Of a DNA stretch of 64,000 nt, positions 1 through 8,856 are shown piece after piece (the stretch's first letter is position 1; the number at the start of each line of letters is the position of its first letter). This DNA is from an uncultured Clostridia bacterium (GTDB lineage Bacteria > Bacillota > Clostridia > Christensenellales > UBA1242), in assembly GCA_944372585.1 (NCBI GenBank), contig CALVZQ010000003.1:26754-90753 (forward strand), read 5' to 3'. Made by a program: the position numbers and the translations under genes. Below the pieces are notes generated by a model. It was not told where the DNA came from. It did not search any database and worked only from the letters and a program-made list of their open reading frames with translations.

Positions 1-1
1 A

Positions 2-139
2 TTTTTCATCATTTTGATTATTGCAATTGTGGCTTATATCATCGTTTTGGTTGCACCTGATTTCTTCTATAATTTGTTTAATCCATCAGATGAAACAACA
101 ACAGAAGCAATTGTAAACACATTGAAAATGATTTGTTAA
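2..139 (+). CDS. 3' end of a CDS cut by the window edge; C-terminal hydrophobic helix of an unidentified membrane protein
   Basis: Frame 2 is open from the edge to TAA 137-139 and reads FFIILIIAIVAYIIVLVAPDFFYNLFNPSDETTTEAIVNTLKMIC. No family recognised. Confidence 0.35.
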   Translation, partial: FFIILIIAIVAYIIVLVAPDFFYNLFNPSDETTTEAIVNTLKMIC

Positions 140-154
140 TTTTATAGGTCGTTA

Positions 155-2650
155 GTGAAAAAAATCATTATTATTGATGGAAATAGTTTGGCAAATAGGG
201 CATTTTACGCAATGCCTTATTTATCTAATAGAAACAAACAGCCTTCAGGCGCTGTGTTTGGCTTTGCAAATTTGCTTGTTAAATTGATTGTTGAACAAAA
301 ACCTGATTATGTTGCTGTGGCATTTGATCATGCAAGACAAACATTCAGGAATGAGATATATCAAGATTACAAGGGCAAAAGGAAGGAAACTCCGCCAGAT
401 TTACTTTCTCAATTTCCAGTTATTAAACAGATGCTACAGACTATGGGCATTAAAATTTTTGAGTTTGCTGGAATTGAAGCTGATGATATCATTGGGACCA
501 TCTCCAAACATTCAAATATTCAGAACATTCTTGTGTCCGGAGATAGAGATTTGTTGCAACTTATTGATGACAATTCTTCAGTTTGGTTGACAAGAAAGGG
601 CGTCACAGAGATTGAAGTCTTTGATGAAAAAGCGCTTTTTGAGAAATATAAGTTGAAACCTTCTGGAATTATTGATCTTAAAGCTTTGATGGGAGATTCT
701 TCCGACAATATTCCTGGGGTCGCGGGAGTTGGAGAGAAAACGGCTCTTTCGCTTTTGGAAAAATATCAAACTCTTGATGTGATTTATGAAAACATTGAAG
801 AAGTGACAGGCAAATTGAAAGAGAAGTTGGTCGCTGGAAAAGATATGGCCTATATGTCAAAGACGCTTGCAACAATCAAAACAGATTGTGAAATTGATTT
901 TGATATTGAAAGTTGTTCATATTCTTTTCCTTTTTCGCAAGCAGTCAGAGATTTCTTTGAAGAATGGGATTTTAGAAGTTTGATGAATCGAAAGGAACTG
1001 TTTGGGGAAGGGGTTAGATCCAACAAAAAAGAAATTAAGAAAACCGTTTTTGAAGATTTGTCGCAGGTCGAGAATTTTAAGGGCAGAATAAAAAACTTTT
1101 TATGTTATGACTTGAAAAAGATGGAATTTGCAGTTGATGGGAATGAAGTCTTTTACATCAAAAAAGAAATTGATTTGTTTTCAAATGTGATTGACTTTGA
1201 CGAAGTTTTGAAAATTCTGAAACCAGTTTTTGAAAGTAAAGTTGTGACAAAAATCACAAATTGTTCCAAGGAAGATATGAAAATTTTGGACAGGCTTGGA
1301 ATAACTTTGGAAAACTTTTTTGATGTTGACATTGCAAGATATGTCCTTTTTGCTGGGCTTCCAAAATTGCCTGAGCCAGAAGTTCAAGACTATATCAATT
1401 TGAAAGTTGAACTTGAAAAACAAATGGTTGAACAGAAAGTTGAAAAAGTTTATACAGACATTGAAATACCTCTTGTCAGAGTTTTGGCAAGTATGGAAGA
1501 AGAAGGTTTCAAGGTTGATGAGAAGATGCTTGACGAATTAAGTCAAAAATACGATGCTGAACTTGCGGATTTAACGACAAAGATTTATGAACTTGCTGGG
1601 GAAAATTTCAACATCAATTCTCCAAAACAGGTGGCACATATTTTGTTTGATAAGTTGGGGCTTAAGTCTTATAACAACAAAAAACAATCAACAAATTTTG
1701 CTATTCTCGATGATATAAGATGGCAACACGAAATTGTGGAATTGATTATTGAATATAGAAAACTTAGCAAACTTGTCAGCACCTACATCAACGTTTATAA
1801 AAACATTTGCAAAAATGATGGTGCGGTTATTCACACAATTTTCAATCAGACACTCACGTCAACTGGGAGACTTTCGAGTTCGGAACCAAATATGCAAAAT
1901 ATTCCAACTCGAAATGAAGAAGGGAAAAATCTAAGAAAAATTTTTGTTTCCAAATATTCAGACGGAGCGATAATTTCGGCCGATTACAATCAAATTGAAC
2001 TCAGACTTTTAGCGAATTTGGCAGATGAAACCAGCATGATTGATGCCTACAAGCATGGCATTGACATTCACACCAAAACCGCAAGTGAAATTTTTGGAGT
2101 TCCGGTTGATGAAGTTACGACCTCTCAAAGAAGAGATGCTAAAGCTGTCAACTTTGGGATTATATATGGAATAAGTGATTTTGGACTTTCACAAAATATC
2201 AAAACTTCAAAATATAAGGCAAAACAATATATCGACAGTTATTTTGACCGCTATCCAAAAATCAAATCTTTTATGGATAACAATGTGGAGTATGCAAAGG
2301 AAAATGGTTTTATCAAATCTTATTTTGGTAGAGTTCGTCACATTCCGGAAATCAAATCTTCAAATGTCAATGTCAGAAAATTTGGAGAAAGAGTGGCAAT
2401 GAATATGCCTTTGCAGGGAACTGCATCAGATGTCATCAAGATTGCTATGGTCAGAATTGCGGACAAACTGAAAGAAATGAGCAGTCACATAATTTTGCAG
2501 ATACATGACGAATTGATTGTTGATGCACCAAAAGACGAGATTGAAAATGTTATGAGGATTTTGAAAGAAACTATGGAAAGTGTTTGCGACTTTGTTGTTC
2601 CATTGACGGTTTCAGTATCAAGTGGGAAGAATCTTTACGAATGTAAATGA
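155..2650 (+). CDS. polA: DNA polymerase I
   Basis: 831-aa ORF with a GTG start. It has 5'-3' exonuclease motifs (IIIDGNSLANRAFYA, GDRDLLQL, GVAGVGEKTA) and family-A polymerase motifs (DYNQIELRLLA, RRDAKAVNFGIIYG, QIHDELI). Confidence 0.95.
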   Translation: MKKIIIIDGNSLANRAFYAMPYLSNRNKQPSGAVFGFANLLVKLIVEQKPDYVAVAFDHARQTFRNEIYQDYKGKRKETPPDLLSQFPVIKQMLQTMGIKIFEFAGIEADDIIGTISKHSNIQNILVSGDRDLLQLIDDNSSVWLTRKGVTEIEVFDEKALFEKYKLKPSGIIDLKALMGDSSDNIPGVAGVGEKTALSLLEKYQTLDVIYENIEEVTGKLKEKLVAGKDMAYMSKTLATIKTDCEIDFDIESCSYSFPFSQAVRDFFEEWDFRSLMNRKELFGEGVRSNKKEIKKTVFEDLSQVENFKGRIKNFLCYDLKKMEFAVDGNEVFYIKKEIDLFSNVIDFDEVLKILKPVFESKVVTKITNCSKEDMKILDRLGITLENFFDVDIARYVLFAGLPKLPEPEVQDYINLKVELEKQMVEQKVEKVYTDIEIPLVRVLASMEEEGFKVDEKMLDELSQKYDAELADLTTKIYELAGENFNINSPKQVAHILFDKLGLKSYNNKKQSTNFAILDDIRWQHEIVELIIEYRKLSKLVSTYINVYKNICKNDGAVIHTIFNQTLTSTGRLSSSEPNMQNIPTRNEEGKNLRKIFVSKYSDGAIISADYNQIELRLLANLADETSMIDAYKHGIDIHTKTASEIFGVPVDEVTTSQRRDAKAVNFGIIYGISDFGLSQNIKTSKYKAKQYIDSYFDRYPKIKSFMDNNVEYAKENGFIKSYFGRVRHIPEIKSSNVNVRKFGERVAMNMPLQGTASDVIKIAMVRIADKLKEMSSHIILQIHDELIVDAPKDEIENVMRILKETMESVCDFVVPLTVSVSSGKNLYECK

Positions 2651-2707
2651 TGCTTGTACTTTTGATTGATTTTTAGTTAAATAAATATGATTTTAATGAT
2701 ATTTTGT

Positions 2708-2736
2708 TTGACTAAATTGATTTATTTAAGTAAAAT
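2708..2736 (+). promoter_or_regulatory. sigma-A type promoter upstream of ruvX
   Basis: TTGACT (2708-2713), 17-nt spacer, TAAAAT (2731-2736). Confidence 0.5.
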
Positions 2737-2750
2737 ATAAATGGTGATAT

Positions 2751-3176
2751 ATGCAGTATTCAAGAAAAATGGGTTTAGATTATGGTAAGGCAAGAATTGG
2801 TGTGGCATTCTCTGATTTGTCTTGCACCATTGCAAGTGCTGACCATATCTACAAAACTCAGACAGAAGAGAAAGATTTGTTTTATTTTTCCAATTTGATT
2901 AAAGACAAATCTGTTGACATGGTTGTTTTTGGACTGCCACTTAACGCAGACGGAACTGAAAGCGAAATGTCAAATGTTGTCAAAGAATTTGCTCAGAAGC
3001 TCGGCAAAACCGCAAATGTGCAAATTGCTTTCCAAGATGAGAGATACACTTCATTTGAAGCGGAGGAATATCTCAAAGAGGCGGGCATCAAATGGGAAAA
3101 ACGGAAAGAATTGCTCGACAAAGTGTCTGCTCAAATCATACTGCAAAATTATCTTGACGAAAATCCAAAGAAATAA
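2751..3176 (+). CDS. ruvX: YqgF/RuvX family pre-16S rRNA nuclease (Holliday junction resolvase-like)
   Basis: MGLDYGKARIGVAFSD N-terminal motif and 141-aa size. The start could instead be Met7 (2769). Confidence 0.85.
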   Translation: MQYSRKMGLDYGKARIGVAFSDLSCTIASADHIYKTQTEEKDLFYFSNLIKDKSVDMVVFGLPLNADGTESEMSNVVKEFAQKLGKTANVQIAFQDERYTSFEAEEYLKEAGIKWEKRKELLDKVSAQIILQNYLDENPKK

Positions 3177-3190
3177 AGGAGAAGTTTATC

Positions 3191-3586
3191 ATGGATAAGA
3201 AAAAAATTCAGAAAATTGAGGAAGTTTCAAAACAGGTTGAACAGGAAGAAGAATATCGTGACATCATTGACATTCTCTTGGACGAGGACAACAAAGAACC
3301 TATCGTTCTTGTTGATCAAAACGGAAGAAAATTGTCTTTTGAACAAATTGCAGTTATTCCTCACAATGACAAAATTTATTGTGTTTTGAAACCTATTGAT
3401 AAAATTGAAAATGTTCAAGATGACGAAGCAATCGTTTTCTATGTTGACGAAAAAGAAGGACAAGAACCTGCTTTGATGGTTGAAACTGATGAAAAGGTTG
3501 CTATGGATGTCTTTGAAGAATATTACAATCTTCTTGATGAAGCTGACGCAAAGGACGCAAAGAGCGGTAAAGACAGCAAAAAATAA
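3191..3586 (+). CDS. DUF1292 family protein (YrzB-like)
   Basis: The acidic 131-aa protein shows the pattern DENGKE..FE.I..I....K.Y..L.P and lies directly after ruvX, as in Bacillus yrrK-yrzB. RBS is AAAGGAG. Confidence 0.75.
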   Translation: MDKKKIQKIEEVSKQVEQEEEYRDIIDILLDEDNKEPIVLVDQNGRKLSFEQIAVIPHNDKIYCVLKPIDKIENVQDDEAIVFYVDEKEGQEPALMVETDEKVAMDVFEEYYNLLDEADAKDAKSGKDSKK

Positions 3587-3631
3587 TTTCTGAATTAAGA
3601 TATTTTTCAATATAATACAAGTCTTTGCATA

Positions 3632-3670
3632 GAACATGCAACAAGTTTTTCTTGTGCATGTTTTTTATTT
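3632..3670 (+). terminator. intrinsic terminator after the DUF1292 gene
   Basis: AACATGCAACAAG / CTTGTGCATGTT stem followed by a T-run. Confidence 0.6.
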
Positions 3671-3804
3671 TGAGTATATAAAAATTTGTTTGATGGTTTT
3701 GTTATGGAAAAGTTTATTAAAACTTCATTTTGTCTGCATATTTTTTCTATAAATAGTCAAAATATTATTACAAGGTAAAACACCTTGAATAAGGGAGGTA
3801 AACT

Positions 3805-3945
3805 ATGTTTGGTAGAAAAAAGGCATCTAGCAAGGCAAGTGCAAAAACTTCAAGCACAGAAGCAGCAAAAGAATCAACTTCTTCTAAGCAAGCAAAAGGT
3901 TGCAGTGGAAAGAAATCTGGTTCTGCAAAAGCGTCTTGCAAATAG
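3805..3945 (+). CDS. unannotated small ORF, 46 aa, Lys/Ser/Ala-rich basic protein
   Basis: GGAGG (3794-3798) lies 6 nt before ATG 3805. Translation is MFGRKKASSKASAKTSSTEAAKESTSSKQAKGCSGKKSGSAKASCK, a terminator follows directly, and the ORF is below the 60-aa cut-off of the track. Confidence 0.45.
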   Translation: MFGRKKASSKASAKTSSTEAAKESTSSKQAKGCSGKKSGSAKASCK

Positions 3946-3960
3946 TTAAACCTAACCAAT

Positions 3961-3995
3961 AAAAAACTCACAAAATAATGTGGGTTTTTTATTTT
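3961..3995. terminator. bidirectional intrinsic terminator between the small ORF (+) and the rluA-family gene (-)
   Basis: AAAAAACTCACA-AAATAA-TGTGGGTTTTTT, with an A-run on the 5' side and a T-run on the 3' side. Confidence 0.6.
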
Positions 3996-4003
3996 TCATT
4001 TTA

Positions 4004-4936
4004 TTAATTTTTCAAAAATTGTTTCCATTCTTCGGGAAAATCTATTTCAAGAGATATGATTTGATTGGTTCTGAAGTGCTTGAATGATATTGATTTTAGG
4101 AGCAACATGGTGTGTTCTGGGGTTGGGTGAATTTGAGAATCAATGGCTTTGTCTGAATAAATTGTATCTCCAATAAGCGGATGATTTATGTGTGACATAT
4201 GAATTCTGATTTGATGGGTTCTGCCAGTTTTCAAATGAAATTTGACAAGGCAATATTTATCAAAATTCTTGATCAACTCAACATGTGTTATTGCTTGCTT
4301 TCCCTCTTCAGAAATTTCTCTTTTCATGATGTTGATGCCGTTTACATTGCGAGTTAGAATTGGCTTGTTGATTGTCATTTGCGTTGATGACAAATTGCCA
4401 TGGCAAAGAGCGAAGTATTCTTTTTGAAGGTTTGACAGATTTTTGTATGCAAATAAATTTTTTGCGACAACAACAAGGCCGGCGGTTTCTTTGTCAAGGC
4501 GGTTGATTATTCTTAAGACAAAATCTGGGGTTTCTTTTTGCATATATGAACAAACTTGGGCTCCCAAATTGTCGTTGTAATGGCTTTTTGTTGGTATACA
4601 GGCAAGATTGTGTGGTTTGTTTACGATGAGATAATCTTCATCTTCATAAACGATTGAAAGATTTGAAAAATCTGTATTATAAAAATTTGTCTTTTCTGTT
4701 GGATTGTTTGCGATTTTCAGTTTGTCTCCATTATTGATTTGTGTTTTTAGATTTGCAAAATTGTCATTCAAGATTATTGAATCTTCCTGTCTTCTAAGTT
4801 GACTGATGTAACTTTCAGAAAGACCAATGCTTTTCAGCCAAAAATATATTGTTGGTTTTTTTAATAATTGGCAATTTGCGATTGTGAATTCTTCGTATTT
4901 TCTCATAATTTTGATTTTATCATATATCTTTGACAT
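4004..4936 (-). CDS. RluA-family pseudouridine synthase
   Basis: 310 aa with catalytic-region motifs RLDKETAGLVVVAK and GRTHQIRIHMSHINHPLIGD. Confidence 0.85.
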   Translation of the reverse strand: MSKIYDKIKIMRKYEEFTIANCQLLKKPTIYFWLKSIGLSESYISQLRRQEDSIILNDNFANLKTQINNGDKLKIANNPTEKTNFYNTDFSNLSIVYEDEDYLIVNKPHNLACIPTKSHYNDNLGAQVCSYMQKETPDFVLRIINRLDKETAGLVVVAKNLFAYKNLSNLQKEYFALCHGNLSSTQMTINKPILTRNVNGINIMKREISEEGKQAITHVELIKNFDKYCLVKFHLKTGRTHQIRIHMSHINHPLIGDTIYSDKAIDSQIHPTPEHTMLLLKSISFKHFRTNQIISLEIDFPEEWKQFLKN

Positions 4937-4959
4937 ATCAAAATTTTTATTACAAATAG

Positions 4960-4988
4960 TTGACTTAAAAAATGGATAATGTTAAAAT
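4960..4988 (+). promoter_or_regulatory. sigma-A type promoter of the pheST leader
   Basis: TTGACT (4960-4965), 17-nt spacer, TAAAAT (4983-4988). Confidence 0.55.
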
Positions 4989-4994
4989 AAACTT

Positions 4995-5247
4995 GTTAAA
5001 TAAAGACGAAGATGAAAGACTAGTAGGCATTTGTAGGTTTTTACAGAGAATCCAAGGTTGCTGAGATTGGATGAAACCAAGATTGTTGAATTCACTTTCT
5101 AGTCGCTCCTTGAAGGACTTGTTTTGTGTAGGGGATGCCGTTTGACATGCGTTAATTGTTTAATAAGGCGCGTCGGAAGTGATGCGTGAAGTTAGGTGGT
5201 ACCACGATATAAATCGTCCTAATGATGTTTGGGCGGTTTTTTTATTA
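4995..5247 (+). promoter_or_regulatory. T-box leader, Phe-specific (specifier UUC)
   Basis: Stem I elements are present (AGAGA at about 5044, GCTGAGA distal loop). The specifier loop reads GAA-TTC-A with TTC at 5091-5093. The T-box sequence AGGTGGTACCACG sits at 5194-5206, followed by a terminator hairpin and T-run (5211-5247), directly upstream of pheS. Confidence 0.85.
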
Positions 5248-5268
5248 TGGTTAGAAGGAGAAGTTGAA

Positions 5269-6288
5269 ATGAAACAAAAACTTGAGGAAATCTTACAAAA
5301 CGGATTAAAAGAGATTGACAGTGCGAATGATTTGAAAGTTTTGGACGAAATCAGAGTTAAGTATCTTGGTAAAACAGGACAGTTGACTCAGATTTTGCGT
5401 GGTATGAAAGATGTTCCTGCTGAAGACAGAAGAGAAGTTGGAAGCTTGGCAAATTCTGTCAGACAAAAATTGGAAGAGAAGTTGAGTGAAAAGCTTGCAG
5501 CTTTGGAAAATGCACAACTTGAACTTGAAATGGAAAAGGAAAAGATTGATATCACTGAACCAAGCAAGGGAGTTAAAAGAGGGGCTTTGCATCCCTTGAC
5601 TCGTTTTAACAACAAATTTATTGATTTGTGCGTTGAAATGGGATTTACTGTCATTCAAACACCAGAAATTGAAACTGATTATCACAACTTTGAGGCTTTG
5701 AATGTTCCAAAGAATCATCCTGCAAGAGATATGCAAGATTCATTCTATATCACAGACAACATTTTGATGAGAACTCACACATCTCCAGCACAGGTAAGGG
5801 CAATGGAAACAATGAAACCGCCATTTAAGATTGTATGCCCAGGAAGGGTGTACAGAAATGATGATGACAGTTCTCACTCTCCAATCTTTAATCAGTTTGA
5901 AGCGCTTGTTATTGACGAAAACATTGGATTGCAAGATTTTATGATTATGGTTAGAGAAATGGCTGTGAGACTTTATGGAAAAAATGTCAAAATGAGAGTT
6001 CGTCCAGCATATTTCCCATTCACAGAGCCAAGCATAGAAATTGATGCAACTTGTCAAATGTGTCAGGGTAAAGGTTGCACATTGTGCAAAGGAACAGGAT
6101 ATTCTGAATTTTTTGGCGGTGGAATTGTTAACCCTGCAATTTTGGAAATGTCAGGAATTGATAGCAACAAATATAGTGGATTTGCTTTTGGTCCGGGGAT
6201 TGATAGAAGTGTTATGGTTACAAACAAAATTCCAAACATCAAATATCTTTTCAGAAATGATTTGAGATTTTTGAAACAAATGAGATAA
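5269..6288 (+). CDS. pheS: phenylalanine--tRNA ligase alpha subunit
   Basis: Class II aaRS motifs (HPARDMQDSFY, FRNDDDSSHSP.., GFAFGPGIDR). Start moved to ATG 5269 (RBS GAAGGAG) because 5179-5268 is the T-box terminator region. Confidence 0.95.
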   Translation: MKQKLEEILQNGLKEIDSANDLKVLDEIRVKYLGKTGQLTQILRGMKDVPAEDRREVGSLANSVRQKLEEKLSEKLAALENAQLELEMEKEKIDITEPSKGVKRGALHPLTRFNNKFIDLCVEMGFTVIQTPEIETDYHNFEALNVPKNHPARDMQDSFYITDNILMRTHTSPAQVRAMETMKPPFKIVCPGRVYRNDDDSSHSPIFNQFEALVIDENIGLQDFMIMVREMAVRLYGKNVKMRVRPAYFPFTEPSIEIDATCQMCQGKGCTLCKGTGYSEFFGGGIVNPAILEMSGIDSNKYSGFAFGPGIDRSVMVTNKIPNIKYLFRNDLRFLKQMR

Positions 6289-6301
6289 CAGTTAAAATTG
6301 T

Positions 6302-6346
6302 GGTATTATGCACGCATACTACACCATATAATGTGTGTTGTGCAAC
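6302..6346. repeat. intergenic motif cluster 1 (pheS-pheT gap)
   Basis: GGTATTATGCA (6302-6312), inverted GCATACTACACC (6314-6325), and forward variant GTGTGTTGTGCAAC (6333-6346). Confidence 0.6.
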
Positions 6347-6364
6347 AATAAAGGAGATTTATAA

Positions 6365-8779
6365 ATGAAAGTTTCTTATAATTGGTTGAATGATTTTGTT
6401 GATTTAAAGGGCATCTCTCCAAAGGAAATTGCAGAAAAACTTACATCTGCTGGTCTTGAAGTTGAAGAGATGAGCTATATGAATGAACATCTTCATGATG
6501 TTTATGTCAGCAAAATAACGAAGATAGAAAAACACCCAGAAGCAGACAGGCTTCAAGTTTGTTCTGTTGATGTTGGTTTCAAGAAAGTTCAAATCATCAC
6601 TTCTGCGACAAATGTTTTTGAAGGGGCAATTGTGCCGGTTTCTTTGGAAGGAGCAGATTTAGTTAATGGTGTCAAGATTAAGCCAACAAACTTCAGAGGT
6701 GTAAAGAGTGATGGTATGTTTTGCTCTGGAGAAGAAATTGGTATTGATGAGAACTATTTTGAGGGGGCGGGAATTAATGGTATTTTGATTTTGCCTGAGG
6801 ATTTTGTTCCAGGGACAAAAATTGAAGACGCTTTGTCACTTAATGATGTCACGTTCGACATCAATGTGACTCCAAATAGACCTGATTGCAACAGCGTGGT
6901 TGGCATTGCCAGAGAACTTTGTGCGATTTACAACAAACCATTCAAAGATTTTGATGTATCTTACAAAACTGTTGGTGGTGATGTCAAAAACTATGTCGAT
7001 GTGAAGATTGAGACGGAAAATTGTCCAAGATATATGGCTGCTTATATCAAAAACATCAAACTTGAACGTTCTCCGATGTGGCTTAGAAGTCGTTTGCATG
7101 CTGTGGGAATTAAAACAATCAACACAATGGTTGATATAACAAACTACATTTTGGTTGAGCAAGGTCAACCGATGCATGCTTTTGACTATAAATATCTTGA
7201 TGGAAAGAAAATTGTTGCAAGACAGGCTAAGAAAGGTGAAAAAATTGCTGTTTTGAATGGTCAGACATATGACCTTGATGAAAGTGTTATGGTTATTGCA
7301 GATCAAAACAAACCTGTGGTTATTGCAGGTGTTATTGGTGGTGTCAATTCTTGCATTTCTGATAATACAACCGACACTGTTTTTGAATGTGCGGTTTTTG
7401 ATTTGAAAAGTGTCAGATTGACCGCAAAGAAGTTTGGTTTGAGCACAGACTCTTCTGCTAGATATTCAAAAGGGGTCAATATCAACTTGCCAACATTGGC
7501 ACTCAAGAGAGCATTGCATTTGGTTGATGTTCTCGGTTGTGGTGAGATTGTTGGTGGTTTGATTGATAAAATAAATTCTGACAAAAAACTTGAGGAAGAG
7601 AAGAAAGTTGTCGTATCTTACAATAAGATTTCCAAAATCTTAGGAGTTGAAATTTCAAAAGAAAAAATGGTTCAAATTCTGAATGCTTTGAACATCAGAA
7701 CTACAATTTCTGGAGATGTTATGACTTGCATTCCTCCATACATTCGTGAAGACATCAAAAATGCCAATGATATTGCTGAAGAGATCATAAGAATTTATGG
7801 TTATGATGTCTATAATGATATGCAGGGAAGATTATTTGAAAATTCAACCATAACCGTAGGGCAATATGAGCCTAGATTGGTTTTTGAAAATGGTTTGAAA
7901 AATATTTTGGTTGACTCTGGGTTCTATGAAACTTTGAACTATTCTCTCTATAATGCTTCTGCTTGCGACAAACTGCTTCTTCATGAAGATGATTCAAGAA
8001 GAAATGTGATAAAAATTGCCAATCCAATCAATGAAGATATGGCGACAGCAAGAACTGTTATGGCTCATGCGTTGCTTCTTGATGTTGCTTACAATCTTTC
8101 TGTTGGGAACAAAGACTTGAGATTTTTTGAGGTTGGAAAAGTTTATTTGCCTAAATCTTTACCTCTCAAAGAATTGCCAGTAGAAAACAACAGATTGTCT
8201 ATTGCGGTTTGTGAAAATGGTTATGATTTCTTTATGCTTAAAGGTGTTGTTGAGAATTTGCTTTTGGGAACATCATTGAAATGTAAACTTGAACGTTCAA
8301 AAGAGCCATATCTTCACAGCGGTGTAAGTGCTGATATTATTTCAGAGGATGGAACAGTTGTTGGGTGGTTTGGCAAAGTTCATAAGACTGTTTTGAAAAA
8401 CTATGACATCAATCAAGATGTTTATTATGCCGAGTTGGACACAGATTATTTGTCTGGTTTGCCAGAGAAAAAATATGCAACAAAAGAAATTTCAAAATTT
8501 CCTGTTGTTGAAAGAGATATCGCGGTTGTTGTTGATGAAAGTGTGTCTAATGAAGCTTTGATGAATGCAATTAAGTCTGCTTGTGGCAAGATTTTCTATG
8601 ATGTCCAATTGTTTGATGTTTATCGCAGTGCAACTCTTGGTGAAAATAAAAAGAGTATGGCTTATAAGATTTTGTTTATGTCTGAAGACAAAACTTTGAC
8701 GGGAGATGAGATCAATGTTGTTATCAAAAAGCTTTTGAAGAGTTTGGAATTTAGATATGGCGCAAAACTTAGAGCATAA
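6365..8779 (+). CDS. pheT: phenylalanine--tRNA ligase beta subunit
   Basis: 804 aa with an MKVSYNWLNDFVDL N-terminus, tRNA-binding, B3/4, B5 and FDX-ACB-like regions, following pheS. Confidence 0.95.
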   Translation: MKVSYNWLNDFVDLKGISPKEIAEKLTSAGLEVEEMSYMNEHLHDVYVSKITKIEKHPEADRLQVCSVDVGFKKVQIITSATNVFEGAIVPVSLEGADLVNGVKIKPTNFRGVKSDGMFCSGEEIGIDENYFEGAGINGILILPEDFVPGTKIEDALSLNDVTFDINVTPNRPDCNSVVGIARELCAIYNKPFKDFDVSYKTVGGDVKNYVDVKIETENCPRYMAAYIKNIKLERSPMWLRSRLHAVGIKTINTMVDITNYILVEQGQPMHAFDYKYLDGKKIVARQAKKGEKIAVLNGQTYDLDESVMVIADQNKPVVIAGVIGGVNSCISDNTTDTVFECAVFDLKSVRLTAKKFGLSTDSSARYSKGVNINLPTLALKRALHLVDVLGCGEIVGGLIDKINSDKKLEEEKKVVVSYNKISKILGVEISKEKMVQILNALNIRTTISGDVMTCIPPYIREDIKNANDIAEEIIRIYGYDVYNDMQGRLFENSTITVGQYEPRLVFENGLKNILVDSGFYETLNYSLYNASACDKLLLHEDDSRRNVIKIANPINEDMATARTVMAHALLLDVAYNLSVGNKDLRFFEVGKVYLPKSLPLKELPVENNRLSIAVCENGYDFFMLKGVVENLLLGTSLKCKLERSKEPYLHSGVSADIISEDGTVVGWFGKVHKTVLKNYDINQDVYYAELDTDYLSGLPEKKYATKEISKFPVVERDIAVVVDESVSNEALMNAIKSACGKIFYDVQLFDVYRSATLGENKKSMAYKILFMSEDKTLTGDEINVVIKKLLKSLEFRYGAKLRA

Positions 8780-8805
8780 CGGTGTAATATTGTCAAAATT
8801 TGTGT

Positions 8806-8836
8806 GTGATATGCAAAATTTGCATGCATAATACAC
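8806..8836. repeat. intergenic motif cluster 2 (pheT-desulfurase gap)
   Basis: GTGATATGCAA (8806-8816), palindrome ATGCAAAATTTGCAT (8811-8825), and inverted TGCATAATACAC (8825-8836). Confidence 0.6.
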
Positions 8837-8856
8837 AATATATAGTCGAGGGAGTT

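Noticed and set aside
3768-3971. 67-aa minus-strand ORF opposite the 46-aa small ORF
   Set aside because: It would start at a GTG inside the terminator stem without an SD. The + strand ORF has far better signals.
5179-5268. N-terminal 30-codon extension of pheS in the ORF track
   Set aside because: This stretch contains the T-box sequence and the leader terminator. The real start is ATG 5269 behind GAAGGAG.
8833-8848. NrdR-box resemblance (ACACAATATATAGTCG here and ACACAATATATAGTTG at 37851-37866, versus acaCwAtATaTwGtgt)
   Set aside because: There are no ribonucleotide reductase genes nearby and no tandem box pair at the usual spacing. The match is explained as the junction of two units of the dispersed motif family.
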